Of a DNA stretch of 39,666 bases, positions 27,961 to 36,499 are shown piece by piece. The notes under the pieces were generated by a model that made no database searches, had not been told where the DNA came from, and was given only the letters and a program-made list of their open reading frames with translations. The DNA is taken from the NCBI GenBank assembly GCA_023436425.1, contig JAEZJD010000032.1:1-39666 (forward strand), written 5' to 3'. Position numbers and translations under genes: made by a program. This DNA comes from Bacteroidota bacterium. Lineage in GTDB: Bacteria > Bacteroidota > Bacteroidia > Chitinophagales > Chitinophagaceae. Each line of letters starts with the position of its first letter. Position 1 is the stretch's first letter.

Positions 27961-29220
27961 ATGGCAGATCTATTTGAAAGACTTCTAAAGAATTACGGAC
28001 CTCTTGGACAACATCGTGAAAGAGCGTACGGCTATTACGCTTTTCCAAAGTTAGAGGGTGACATTGGCAGTAGAATGAAGTTTAGAGGCAAGGACGTTAT
28101 TGTGTGGAGCTTAAATAATTATTTAGGACTTGCAAACCACCCCGAAGTACGCCAGGCAGATGAACAAGGCACAAGAGAATTCGGGCTCGCGTACCCGATG
28201 GGTGCCAGAATGATGAGCGGAAACAGCATTCATCACGAACAGTTGGAAAGGGAATTAGCTGCCTTTGAAAACAAAGAAGACGCTTGCCTGCTGAACTATG
28301 GTTACCAGGGTATGGTGAGCATCATCGATGTGTTGTGCAGCCGGCATGACGTGATTGTTTACGATGCCGAAAGTCACGCTTGCATCATTGATGGCGTTCG
28401 CTTGCATCCCGGTCAGCGGTATGTTTTTAAACACAACGACATTGAAGATTTCGAAAAGCAATTACAACGAGCCGCTGCGTTGATTGATGATAAAGGCACA
28501 GGAGGAATTCTCGTTATTACAGAAGGCGTATTTGGAATGGCAGGTGATCAGGGGAAGCTAAAAGAAATTGCTGCACTAAAAGAAAAATACAACTTTCGTT
28601 TGCTTGTAGATGATGCACACGGTTTTGGAACTCTAGGCAAAACAGGAGCCGGCGCAGGCGAAGAACAGGGTGTACAAGACAAAATTGATCTTTACTTTTC
28701 CACTTTTGCAAAATCAATGGCGTCTATCGGGGCCTTCGTTGCAGGCGACCGAAACATCATTGACTATATTCGCTGGAACATTCGCAGCCAGATTTTTGCA
28801 AAGAGCCTGCCGATGCCCTTTGTACTCGGAAATTTAAAAAGGCTGGAACTGTTGCGCACCAGACCAGAATTGAAAAATAAATTGTGGGAGAATGCACGCA
28901 AGCTGCAAAACGGATTAAAAGAAAAGGGCTTTGATATTGGCAATACAGACACACCAGTAACACCTGTGTACATGAAAGGTGGTGTGGAAGAGGCAACCGC
29001 AATGGTGCTTGACCTTCGTGAAAACTATGGAGTCTTTGCCTCCGTTGTGGTATATCCGGTAATTCCAAAAGGTCACATTATTTACCGATTAATCCCAACT
29101 GCCGTACACACCGATGCTGATATAGAAGAAACGCTCGTCGCTTTTGAAGAGACGAAGAAAAAGCTGGATGAAGGAGCGTATAAAACAGAGGTTATTCCTG
29201 ATATGGCTGAAGCAAGATAA
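27961..29220 (+). CDS. PLP-dependent alpha-oxoamine synthase family enzyme; probable cysteate-C-fatty acyltransferase (sulfonolipid synthesis)
   Basis: NYLGL, HACIIDG, FKHND, EGVFGMAG, VDDAHG, STFAKS (PLP lysine). The DLFE...GPLG...FPKLEG N-terminus and SQIFAK resemble, from recollection, the Flavobacterium sulfonolipid enzyme rather than SPT, BioF or Kbl. Confidence 0.85.
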   Translation: MADLFERLLKNYGPLGQHRERAYGYYAFPKLEGDIGSRMKFRGKDVIVWSLNNYLGLANHPEVRQADEQGTREFGLAYPMGARMMSGNSIHHEQLERELAAFENKEDACLLNYGYQGMVSIIDVLCSRHDVIVYDAESHACIIDGVRLHPGQRYVFKHNDIEDFEKQLQRAAALIDDKGTGGILVITEGVFGMAGDQGKLKEIAALKEKYNFRLLVDDAHGFGTLGKTGAGAGEEQGVQDKIDLYFSTFAKSMASIGAFVAGDRNIIDYIRWNIRSQIFAKSLPMPFVLGNLKRLELLRTRPELKNKLWENARKLQNGLKEKGFDIGNTDTPVTPVYMKGGVEEATAMVLDLRENYGVFASVVVYPVIPKGHIIYRLIPTAVHTDADIEETLVAFEETKKKLDEGAYKTEVIPDMAEAR

Positions 29221-29240
29221 TAGTTCATATTCCTGGTAAG

Positions 29241-29268
29241 AAAGCACTGCAAACGCGGTGCTTTTTTT
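29241..29268 (+). terminator. Intrinsic terminator
   Basis: AAAGCACTGC-AAAC-GCGGTGCTTT with a T7 tail, 20 nt after the stop. Confidence 0.82.
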
Positions 29269-29330
29269 AACGATGCATATCTTGCGAAATAATTACTTTT
29301 ACGACTCATTTGAAATAGCTGATCGCTACA

Positions 29331-29444
29331 ATGAAAAAGAACACACACAACAAACAATTCGTTTTCCATGCGCAAGCTGCTACACGCATGTACGATGTGT
29401 GCTTCGACCTATTTCGCTATCTCTCAAGACGACGCAGCTTCTGA
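29331..29444 (+). CDS. Putative arginine-operon leader peptide (37 aa)
   Basis: Hand translation MKKNTHNKQFVFHAQAATRMYDVCFDLFRYLSRRRSF*. Tandem Arg codons AGA-CGA-CGC at 29427-29435. Lies between a terminator and the first arg gene. Confidence 0.6.
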   Translation: MKKNTHNKQFVFHAQAATRMYDVCFDLFRYLSRRRSF

Positions 29445-29543
29445 TAGGACGAGCTTCTTACCACAGCCCCTATCAGTGAACTCCTTCCGCATACGTTGGT
29501 ACAGGATTGGTAATCCAAATAAGTCTGTTCAATCTTTTACACA

Positions 29544-30257
29544 TTGGAGAATCAAAACATCATCATAAGGGTGGCGACACCGGATGACAAAAAATATTCA
29601 AAAACCATCACGGATGAAATGGAATCGTCCGCAAAAGCTCGCGGAACCGGCATTGCTAAACGAACCCCTGAATATCTGGACTTGAAGATTGATGAGGGCA
29701 AAGCAGTGATTGCCGTTACACCCGAAGGAGAATGGGTCGGCTTCTGCTACATCGAAACCTGGGAAGGTGAATACGTCGCCAATTCAGGACTTATTGTTGC
29801 TCCAATCTTTCGCAAAAGTGGTGTTGCTAAAGCTATCAAACAACGCATTTTTCAGCTGAGCAGAGAGAAATATCCTGATGCAAAAATCTTTGGGTTAACT
29901 ACCGGCTTAGCTGTAATGAAGATCAATAGTGAACTCGGATACGAGCCTGTAACTTATTCGGAACTCACGCAGGATGAGAAGTTTTGGGCGGGATGCAAAA
30001 GCTGTGTGAACTATGACATTTTGATGAGCAAAGAGCGAAAGAATTGTTTGTGCACTGCCATGCTTTTCGATCCCAAAGATCATTACGAGCCTAAAGAAAC
30101 ACAGGAGCATTTCGAAGAAAAAAGCAAAGTGTACGAAAGGCTGCTGAAGAGCAAGCAAAGCAAATTTTTAAAGCGGCTGATTGGAGCTGATAAAAATAAT
30201 GCGGACCGCAACAACAATCGAAAGCTAAAGATGTTTTTATTCAACTTACTTCATTAA
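29544..30257 (+). CDS. GNAT-family acyltransferase, probable N-acylglutamate synthase (ArgA role)
   Basis: NSGLIV..FRKSGVAK acyl-CoA-binding motif and a CKSC...CLC cysteine cluster. First gene of an arg operon that has no other argA or argJ. TTG start. Confidence 0.8.
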   Translation: MENQNIIIRVATPDDKKYSKTITDEMESSAKARGTGIAKRTPEYLDLKIDEGKAVIAVTPEGEWVGFCYIETWEGEYVANSGLIVAPIFRKSGVAKAIKQRIFQLSREKYPDAKIFGLTTGLAVMKINSELGYEPVTYSELTQDEKFWAGCKSCVNYDILMSKERKNCLCTAMLFDPKDHYEPKETQEHFEEKSKVYERLLKSKQSKFLKRLIGADKNNADRNNNRKLKMFLFNLLH

Positions 30258-30267
30258 TAATTGTTAG

Positions 30268-31470
30268 ATGAACAAATTGGTCCTTGGTTTCAGTGGTGGA
30301 CTTGATACTTCGTATTGTGCAAAATACCTGAGCGAAGAAAACGGCTATGAAGTTCACAGTATTGTTGTGAACACTGGTGGCTTTACTGGCGATGAATTGA
30401 AAAAAATTGAGCAACATGCATACAGCCTTGGAGTGAAATCGCATACCACGGTCGATGCAGTCAGCAGTTATTATGACCGGATCATTAAGTATCTGGTATT
30501 TGGGAACGTATTGAAGAACAACACTTATCCACTTAGCGTAAGTGCGGAGAGATTGATTCAGGCATTGCACATTGCAGAACACGCGAAAAAGTTGGGTGTG
30601 CAGGCGGTAGCACATGGAAGCACGGGTGCAGGCAACGATCAGGTACGCTTCGACATGATTTTCCATATCATGATTCCTAACGTTGAGATCATCACTCCTA
30701 TCCGCGACCTGAAGTTGAGTCGTCAACAGGAAATTGAATATCTCAAGAGCAAAGGAGTTGACATGAATTTCGAAAAAGCTCTGTACTCAATTAATAAAGG
30801 TTTATGGGGGACCAGCGTTGGAGGAAAAGAAACACTTTCGTCGAAAGGCTGGTTACCGGATGAAGCCTGGCCATCAGCCGTGACGAAAACCGGCAATGAA
30901 GAAGTGAAGCTTTTCTTTGAAAAAGGTGAGTTGAAAGCTGTTAATGATCAAATTTCTTCACATCCTTCCGAATCGATTCAACTCTTACATTCTATTGCTG
31001 CACCGTACGGCATCGGAAGAGATATTCACGTGGGCGATACCATCATCGGCATAAAAGGACGAGTCGGATTTGAAGCTGCAGCTCCCATGATCATCATCAA
31101 AGCACACCATGCACTGGAGAAACATGTGCTAACGAAATGGCAGCTTAACTGGAAAGATCAATTAGCTCAATTTTATGGCAACTGGTTACATGAAGGTCAG
31201 ATTTTGGATCCCGTAATGAGGGACATCGAAGCTTTTTTTGAAAGCTCACAGCATAATGTGACCGGCGATGTTTTTTTGCAGCTTCTTCCTTACCGTTTTC
31301 AGATCACGGGCATTGAATCTAAATTTGATTTAATGAGCAGCAAGTTCGGTAATTACGGTGAGATGAACACAGGCTGGAGTGGAGACGATGTCAGAGGTTT
31401 TAGTAAAATCTTCGGAAATCAAACTGCCATTTATCACCAGGTGAAAGAATCAGCAGATGGAAAAAATTAA
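30268..31470 (+). CDS. argG: Argininosuccinate synthase
   Basis: FSGGLDTS, AHGSTGAGNDQVRF, GIKGRVGFEA. Confidence 0.96.
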   Translation: MNKLVLGFSGGLDTSYCAKYLSEENGYEVHSIVVNTGGFTGDELKKIEQHAYSLGVKSHTTVDAVSSYYDRIIKYLVFGNVLKNNTYPLSVSAERLIQALHIAEHAKKLGVQAVAHGSTGAGNDQVRFDMIFHIMIPNVEIITPIRDLKLSRQQEIEYLKSKGVDMNFEKALYSINKGLWGTSVGGKETLSSKGWLPDEAWPSAVTKTGNEEVKLFFEKGELKAVNDQISSHPSESIQLLHSIAAPYGIGRDIHVGDTIIGIKGRVGFEAAAPMIIIKAHHALEKHVLTKWQLNWKDQLAQFYGNWLHEGQILDPVMRDIEAFFESSQHNVTGDVFLQLLPYRFQITGIESKFDLMSSKFGNYGEMNTGWSGDDVRGFSKIFGNQTAIYHQVKESADGKN

Positions 31471-32461
31471 AGTTGGAATAGTTGGCGGAGCGGGTTATAC
31501 GGGTGGCGAATTGATTCGTTTGCTCATTCACCATCCGGATGTATCTATTTCTTTTGTTCATAGCCGCAGCAATGGTGGCAAGTTTGTTCAGGATGTTCAT
31601 CAGGATCTAATTGGCGAAACCGATCTGAAATTTACGGATCGACTGTCCGATGAAATTGACGTTCTCTTTTTATGCGTTGGTCACGGCGAAGCGAAAAAAT
31701 TTTTGATCGGGAATGACATCTCTCCTAAAATAAAAATCATTGACCTTTCGCAAGACTTTCGATTAGCCGAAAGCGCTGAGCTAAACGGTCGCAGTTTTGT
31801 ATATGGCCTGCCCGAATTGAATAAAGAGCAGATTAGATCTGCCATTAGTATTGCAAATCCTGGTTGCTTTGCAACAGCTATTCAATTGGGACTATTGCCG
31901 CTGGCAAAGGCTAACCTGTTAGACGAAGTTTATACAACGGGTATTACGGGTTCAACAGGTGCAGGACAAAGCCTTACGTCAACATCTCACTTCAGTTGGC
32001 GTGCAAATAATATTCAGGCGTACAAAACATTGACGCATCAACATCTAAGAGAAATACATCAATCGCTGAACCAATTGCAGCCAACCTTTCCGCTCACAAC
32101 GAACGAATCGAATGATATGCGACTAACATTTGTTCCATGGCGCGGCGATTTTACAAGAGGCATTTTTATTAGTTCAACAATCACCTGCGACTGGAGCCTT
32201 AACGATCTGATTTCTCTTTATGAAAAGTTCTACGGCGATCATCCATATACAAGCTTGAGTCAACGCGAAATCTTTTTAAAACAAGTCGTGAACACTAATA
32301 AATGTGTGATTCAGCTCGAAAAAATTGGTACAAAGCTCGTTGTTCATTCGGCGATCGATAATCTATTGAAAGGCGCATCGGGGCAAGCCGTGCAGAACAT
32401 GAACATCATGTTTGGGTTGGATGAGTGTGCAGGATTAAACCTAAAAGCAACAGCATTCTAA
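31457..32461 (+). CDS. argC: N-acetyl-gamma-glutamyl-phosphate reductase
   Basis: GGAGYTGGEL, IDLSQDFR, YGLPE, IANPGCF, IDNLLKGASGQAVQN. Confidence 0.96.
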   Translation: MEKIKVGIVGGAGYTGGELIRLLIHHPDVSISFVHSRSNGGKFVQDVHQDLIGETDLKFTDRLSDEIDVLFLCVGHGEAKKFLIGNDISPKIKIIDLSQDFRLAESAELNGRSFVYGLPELNKEQIRSAISIANPGCFATAIQLGLLPLAKANLLDEVYTTGITGSTGAGQSLTSTSHFSWRANNIQAYKTLTHQHLREIHQSLNQLQPTFPLTTNESNDMRLTFVPWRGDFTRGIFISSTITCDWSLNDLISLYEKFYGDHPYTSLSQREIFLKQVVNTNKCVIQLEKIGTKLVVHSAIDNLLKGASGQAVQNMNIMFGLDECAGLNLKATAF

Positions 32462-32463
32462 AC

Positions 32464-33645
32464 ATGAAATTATTTGACGTTTACCCCATCAACGACATCA
32501 ACATAATAAGAGCTAAAGGGTCGTACGTATGGGATGAAAATAATGTACAGTATTTGGATATGTACGGCGGTCATGCAGTGATTAGCATTGGACACACTCA
32601 TCCTCAATGGGTGCAAAGAATAGAAGACCAGTTGCACAAAATCGCTTTCTATTCAAACTCTGTAAAAATTCCAATTCAAAAGCAATTAGCAGATAAATTA
32701 GAAAAGCTGAGTGGAAAAAAAGATTATCAACTTTTTCTTGTAAACAGCGGTGCCGAAGCCAATGAGAACGCTTTGAAGCTCGCTTCGTTTCACACCGGAA
32801 GAAAAAAGATTGTTGCTTTCAACAAAGCTTTTCACGGAAGAACCTCTCTCGCAGTTGCCGCAACTGATAATAAGAACATCGTTGCTCCCGTGAACGAAAC
32901 AGAAAACGTCGATTTTCTTCCGTTCAATGATGAAGATGCGTTGCGGAATTATTTTGACGAAAATGGAAATAACATTGCCGCCGTTATCATAGAAGTTATT
33001 CAGGGGGTTGGAGGCATTAATGTAGCAAGCAAAACTTTCATAAAGCTAATTCGCGAGCTATGCAACAAAAGTGGCGCATTGTTGATCGCTGATGAAGTGC
33101 AGTGCGGATATGGTCGCAGTGGAAAATTCTTTGCGATCGATTATGCGGGTGTGGATGCTGATATTTATTCTATGGCAAAAGGAATGGGAAATGGTTTTCC
33201 AATCGGTGGAATTTTGATTGCTCCACACATTCAATCGAAACACGGCATGCTTGGGACAACCTTCGGAGGCAATCACCTGGCGTGTGCGGCCGCATTGGCA
33301 GTGTTGGAAGTAATCGATGAAGAAAACCTGGTTGCTAAAGCAGACGAGAACGGACAATATTTAATGGAACAACTGCGTCAAATTCACCAAATTTCAAACG
33401 TGCGTGGAATGGGACTGATGATCGGATTTGATACCTCCTCTGCGCTGAAGAATTTGAAGAGTGTACTGTTGCAGGAATTTAAAGTTTTCACGGGAGAAGC
33501 AAAACCAAACGTTATTCGCTTATTGCCGGCATTAAATATCAGCAGAGAACAAATCGATCGGTTTTTAAACAGTCTGCGGAGTGCCATTGCAATGCTGAAT
33601 AAAGAACAGAACGCAGAAGTGAGTGACACAACAAAAGTGCGATAG
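32464..33645 (+). CDS. argD: Acetylornithine/succinylornithine aminotransferase
   Basis: Class-III aminotransferase: NSGAEANE, FHGRT, DEVQCG, AKGMGNG, GTTFGGN. Start MKLFDVYP at 32464. Confidence 0.93.
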   Translation: MKLFDVYPINDINIIRAKGSYVWDENNVQYLDMYGGHAVISIGHTHPQWVQRIEDQLHKIAFYSNSVKIPIQKQLADKLEKLSGKKDYQLFLVNSGAEANENALKLASFHTGRKKIVAFNKAFHGRTSLAVAATDNKNIVAPVNETENVDFLPFNDEDALRNYFDENGNNIAAVIIEVIQGVGGINVASKTFIKLIRELCNKSGALLIADEVQCGYGRSGKFFAIDYAGVDADIYSMAKGMGNGFPIGGILIAPHIQSKHGMLGTTFGGNHLACAAALAVLEVIDEENLVAKADENGQYLMEQLRQIHQISNVRGMGLMIGFDTSSALKNLKSVLLQEFKVFTGEAKPNVIRLLPALNISREQIDRFLNSLRSAIAMLNKEQNAEVSDTTKVR

Positions 33646-33669
33646 CAGTACTACAGTCGAAAACATAAA
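33617..33669 (+). repeat. Dispersed ~53-bp element, copy 2
   Basis: AAGTGAGTGACACAACA-AAAGTGCGATAGCAGTACTACAGTCGAAAACATAAA. Encodes the last residues and the stop codon of argD. Confidence 0.8.
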
Positions 33670-33682
33670 CATATTTCAATCA

Positions 33683-34648
33683 TTGAAGCAATTCATTTCT
33701 GTAAACGACGCTCGAGACATTAATGGCTTAGTTGCGAAAGCCCTGGCATATAAATCGGATCCGCTGAAGGACAAACACATTGGCAGCGGCAAACGAATCG
33801 GTTGCATCTTTTTAAATCCGAGCATGAGAACACGGCTAAGCACACAAGTTGCTGCGCAAAATCTCGGAATGGAAGCCGTCGTTTTCAACGCGGGAAGCGA
33901 AGGCTGGGCGCTGGAGTTTGAAGATGGCGCAGTGATGAATGGAACAACAGTAGAACATGTGAAAGATGCGGCACCGGTGATGGGTAAGTACTTCGATATC
34001 CTTGCGGTGCGGACATTTCCTTCTTTGAACAACCGGGATGACGATTACAGCGAATACGTGATGATCCAATTTATTAAGTATGCGGGTGTGCCGGTTGTGA
34101 GTTTGGAAAGTGCTACGCTGCATCCGTTACAAAGCCTTGCCGATGTTATCACAATTAGCGAGGTGAAACAACAACTGAAAATTGAAAATCGAAAACCAAA
34201 AATCGTTCTTACCTGGGCGCCGCACGTAAAGCCTTTGCCGCAATGTGTGGCCAACAGCTTTTCGCAGTGGATAAATGCATGGGGTGAATCGGAGTTTGTC
34301 ATTACACATCCTGCAGGCTATGAGTTGGATGAACAGTTTACGAACGGTGCAGCCATTACACACGATCAGCAAGCTGCTCTCAATAGTGCCGATTTTGTTT
34401 ATGTGAAGAATTGGAGTTCGTACAGAGACTATGGAAAAATTTTGTGCAGCGATTCAGATTGGATGCTTACAAATGAAAAATTGGAACCAACTAACAATGC
34501 TAAAGTGATGCACTGTTTACCGGTTAGAAGAAATGTCGAACTCAGTGACGAAGTGTTGGACAGCGATAGCAGCATCATAACGCAGCAGGCTGGTAATAGG
34601 GTCTGGTCCGCCCAGGTTGTTCTTTCGGAAATAATTAGTTCTTTATGA
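33683..34648 (+). CDS. argF': N-acylornithine carbamoyltransferase (ArgF', probably N-succinylornithine-specific)
   Basis: NPSMRTR, HPLQ, TWAPH, KNWS and MHCLP.RRN are typical of AOTCase/SOTCase. Likely start TTG 33683 (LKQFISV). Confidence 0.9.
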   Translation: MKQFISVNDARDINGLVAKALAYKSDPLKDKHIGSGKRIGCIFLNPSMRTRLSTQVAAQNLGMEAVVFNAGSEGWALEFEDGAVMNGTTVEHVKDAAPVMGKYFDILAVRTFPSLNNRDDDYSEYVMIQFIKYAGVPVVSLESATLHPLQSLADVITISEVKQQLKIENRKPKIVLTWAPHVKPLPQCVANSFSQWINAWGESEFVITHPAGYELDEQFTNGAAITHDQQAALNSADFVYVKNWSSYRDYGKILCSDSDWMLTNEKLEPTNNAKVMHCLPVRRNVELSDEVLDSDSSIITQQAGNRVWSAQVVLSEIISSL

Positions 34649-35430
34649 TGAGCGAGTTATTCGTTATAAAAATCGGCGGCAACATTATCGATGATGACCA
34701 AAAAATTTCGACATTTCTGAAAAATTTCTCTGGTTTCCGAAAGAACAAAATTCTTGTTCACGGTGGAGGCAAGCTCGCTAGCAAACTTGCCGAACAACTA
34801 AATGTTCCGCAAAAAATGGTGGATGGGCGGAGGATTACCGATGCTGAAACGCTCAAAATCGCAGTAATGGTGTACGCCGGGTACATCAACAAGAAAATTG
34901 TCGCCGAACTACAGGCAAATGGATGCAATGCCATCGGAATGACGGGTGCTGATGGCAATTCGCTAACTGCGCATAAACGAGTGCATCCAACAACGGACTT
35001 TGGTTTTGTCGGCGATGTGGATGGAGTTCAAACTCCTTTTTTTCAATCTTTATTAAAACAATCGGTCGTGCCCGTGGTAGCGCCTATTACGCACGACAGC
35101 AAAGGTCAGCTGCTTAATACCAATGCAGACACCATTGCGCAAGAGATCGCAAAAGCGATGAGCGGTAATTACGAAACAACACTCATTTATTTATTTGAAA
35201 AGTCTGGAGTGCTTGCAAATCTGGCTGACGAGAATTCCGTTATCTCTAAAATAACGCTCTCTTCCTTTTCGAAATTGAAAGAGCAGAAAACAATATCGGA
35301 TGGAATGATTCCGAAGCTGGAAAACGCATTTGCTGCCATCAACAGCGGAGTGAAATCAGTGATCATCGGAAAAGCAGAAGATTTGCAGGAACTATCAAAC
35401 GGCATAAAAGGAACAACAATTGTTAGCTGA
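34645..35430 (+). CDS. argB: Acetylglutamate kinase
   Basis: IKIGG, VHGGG, GRRITD, LNTNAD, GMIPKL. Confidence 0.95.
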   Translation: MMSELFVIKIGGNIIDDDQKISTFLKNFSGFRKNKILVHGGGKLASKLAEQLNVPQKMVDGRRITDAETLKIAVMVYAGYINKKIVAELQANGCNAIGMTGADGNSLTAHKRVHPTTDFGFVGDVDGVQTPFFQSLLKQSVVPVVAPITHDSKGQLLNTNADTIAQEIAKAMSGNYETTLIYLFEKSGVLANLADENSVISKITLSSFSKLKEQKTISDGMIPKLENAFAAINSGVKSVIIGKAEDLQELSNGIKGTTIVS

Positions 35431-36499
35431 AAATAACATAGACCGTTTGCACGCTGAAGCCATAGATGTACTAAAGCAGCTTATTGCATTTCCGTCCTTC
35501 AGCAAAGATGAATGGCAGACTGCAAGCTACCTTACAAAGTTCTTGTTCGATAAGGGATTGCAGGTGACGAGAGTTGGTAATAATGTGCTCGCACTGAATA
35601 GCTATTTTGATGAATCGAAGCCGACTATTCTTCTCAACTCACATCATGACACAGTGAAACCGAATTCCGGTTATTCCAAAAATCCTTTTGCTCCTTCGCT
35701 TGAGAACGGCAGATTGTACGGACTTGGAAGCAATGATGCCGGCGGCGCTTTAGTGTCGCTGATGATGACGTTTTTACACTTTTACCCGCGGCAAAATCTT
35801 CGGTACAATCTCGCCTTTGCTGCCACTGCGGAAGAAGAGATTTCAGGTTCAGGAGGAATAGAAAGTGCGCTCAACTACTTACCAAAAATCGAATTTGCGA
35901 TTGTTGGTGAACCTACGCAAATGCAACTCGCCATCGCAGAGAAAGGAATTGCAGTACTCGAGTGCACAACACAAGGTAAAGCAGGTCATGCCGCAAGAGA
36001 TGAAGGAGTAAACGCAATTTATCTCGCAATGGCGGACATTGAATGGATAAAATCCTACAAGTTTTCAAAGATTTCTCCGTTGTTGGGCGCTGTAAAGATG
36101 ACTGTTACTTCAATTGAAACTGAGAATAAAGCCCACAACGTTGTACCAGCACAATGCAAATTCCTGATTGATGTGAGGGTGAATGAACTGTATTCGCTGG
36201 AAGATGTAGTGAATACAATTCGGACAAATGTGCAAAGTCAAATAACTCACAAACCATTGCGGATTAAATCCACGTCAATACCGGTCGATCACCCAATAGT
36301 GCAGGCCGGACTAGCCTTAGGAAAAGATTATTATGGATCGCCTACCACATCCGACAAAGCTCTGATGCCATTTCCCGCATTAAAGATGGGACCTGGCGAC
36401 TCCGCAAGGAGCCACATTGCTGATGAATTTATTTTTACCGATGAAATAAAAGAAGGGATAGAAGTTTATATTCAACTACTCAACAAAGTTCTGCTATGA
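35420..36499 (+). CDS. argE: M20 family metallohydrolase, N-acylcitrulline/ornithine deacylase
   Basis: NSHHDTV, GLGSNDAG, AEEE, GEPT, GHAA, SHIADE; arg operon context. Confidence 0.85.
   Translation: MLAENNIDRLHAEAIDVLKQLIAFPSFSKDEWQTASYLTKFLFDKGLQVTRVGNNVLALNSYFDESKPTILLNSHHDTVKPNSGYSKNPFAPSLENGRLYGLGSNDAGGALVSLMMTFLHFYPRQNLRYNLAFAATAEEEISGSGGIESALNYLPKIEFAIVGEPTQMQLAIAEKGIAVLECTTQGKAGHAARDEGVNAIYLAMADIEWIKSYKFSKISPLLGAVKMTVTSIETENKAHNVVPAQCKFLIDVRVNELYSLEDVVNTIRTNVQSQITHKPLRIKSTSIPVDHPIVQAGLALGKDYYGSPTTSDKALMPFPALKMGPGDSARSHIADEFIFTDEIKEGIEVYIQLLNKVLL

Noticed and set aside
27729..27977. 82-aa ORF between the sigma factor and the PLP enzyme (possible anti-sigma)
   Set aside because: It crosses a clear terminator and a promoter element, and shows no transmembrane or zinc-binding anti-sigma motif.
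29258..29568. Alternative leader ORFs 29258-29479 and 29368-29568
   Set aside because: The first begins inside the upstream terminator; the second lacks an Arg cluster and runs out of frame into the GNAT gene. The 29331 frame fits better, although the 29368 frame cannot be strictly excluded.
33623..33682. N-terminal extension of ArgF' from GTG 33623
   Set aside because: It is mostly encoded by the repeat element; enzyme-like sequence begins at LKQFISV (TTG 33683).
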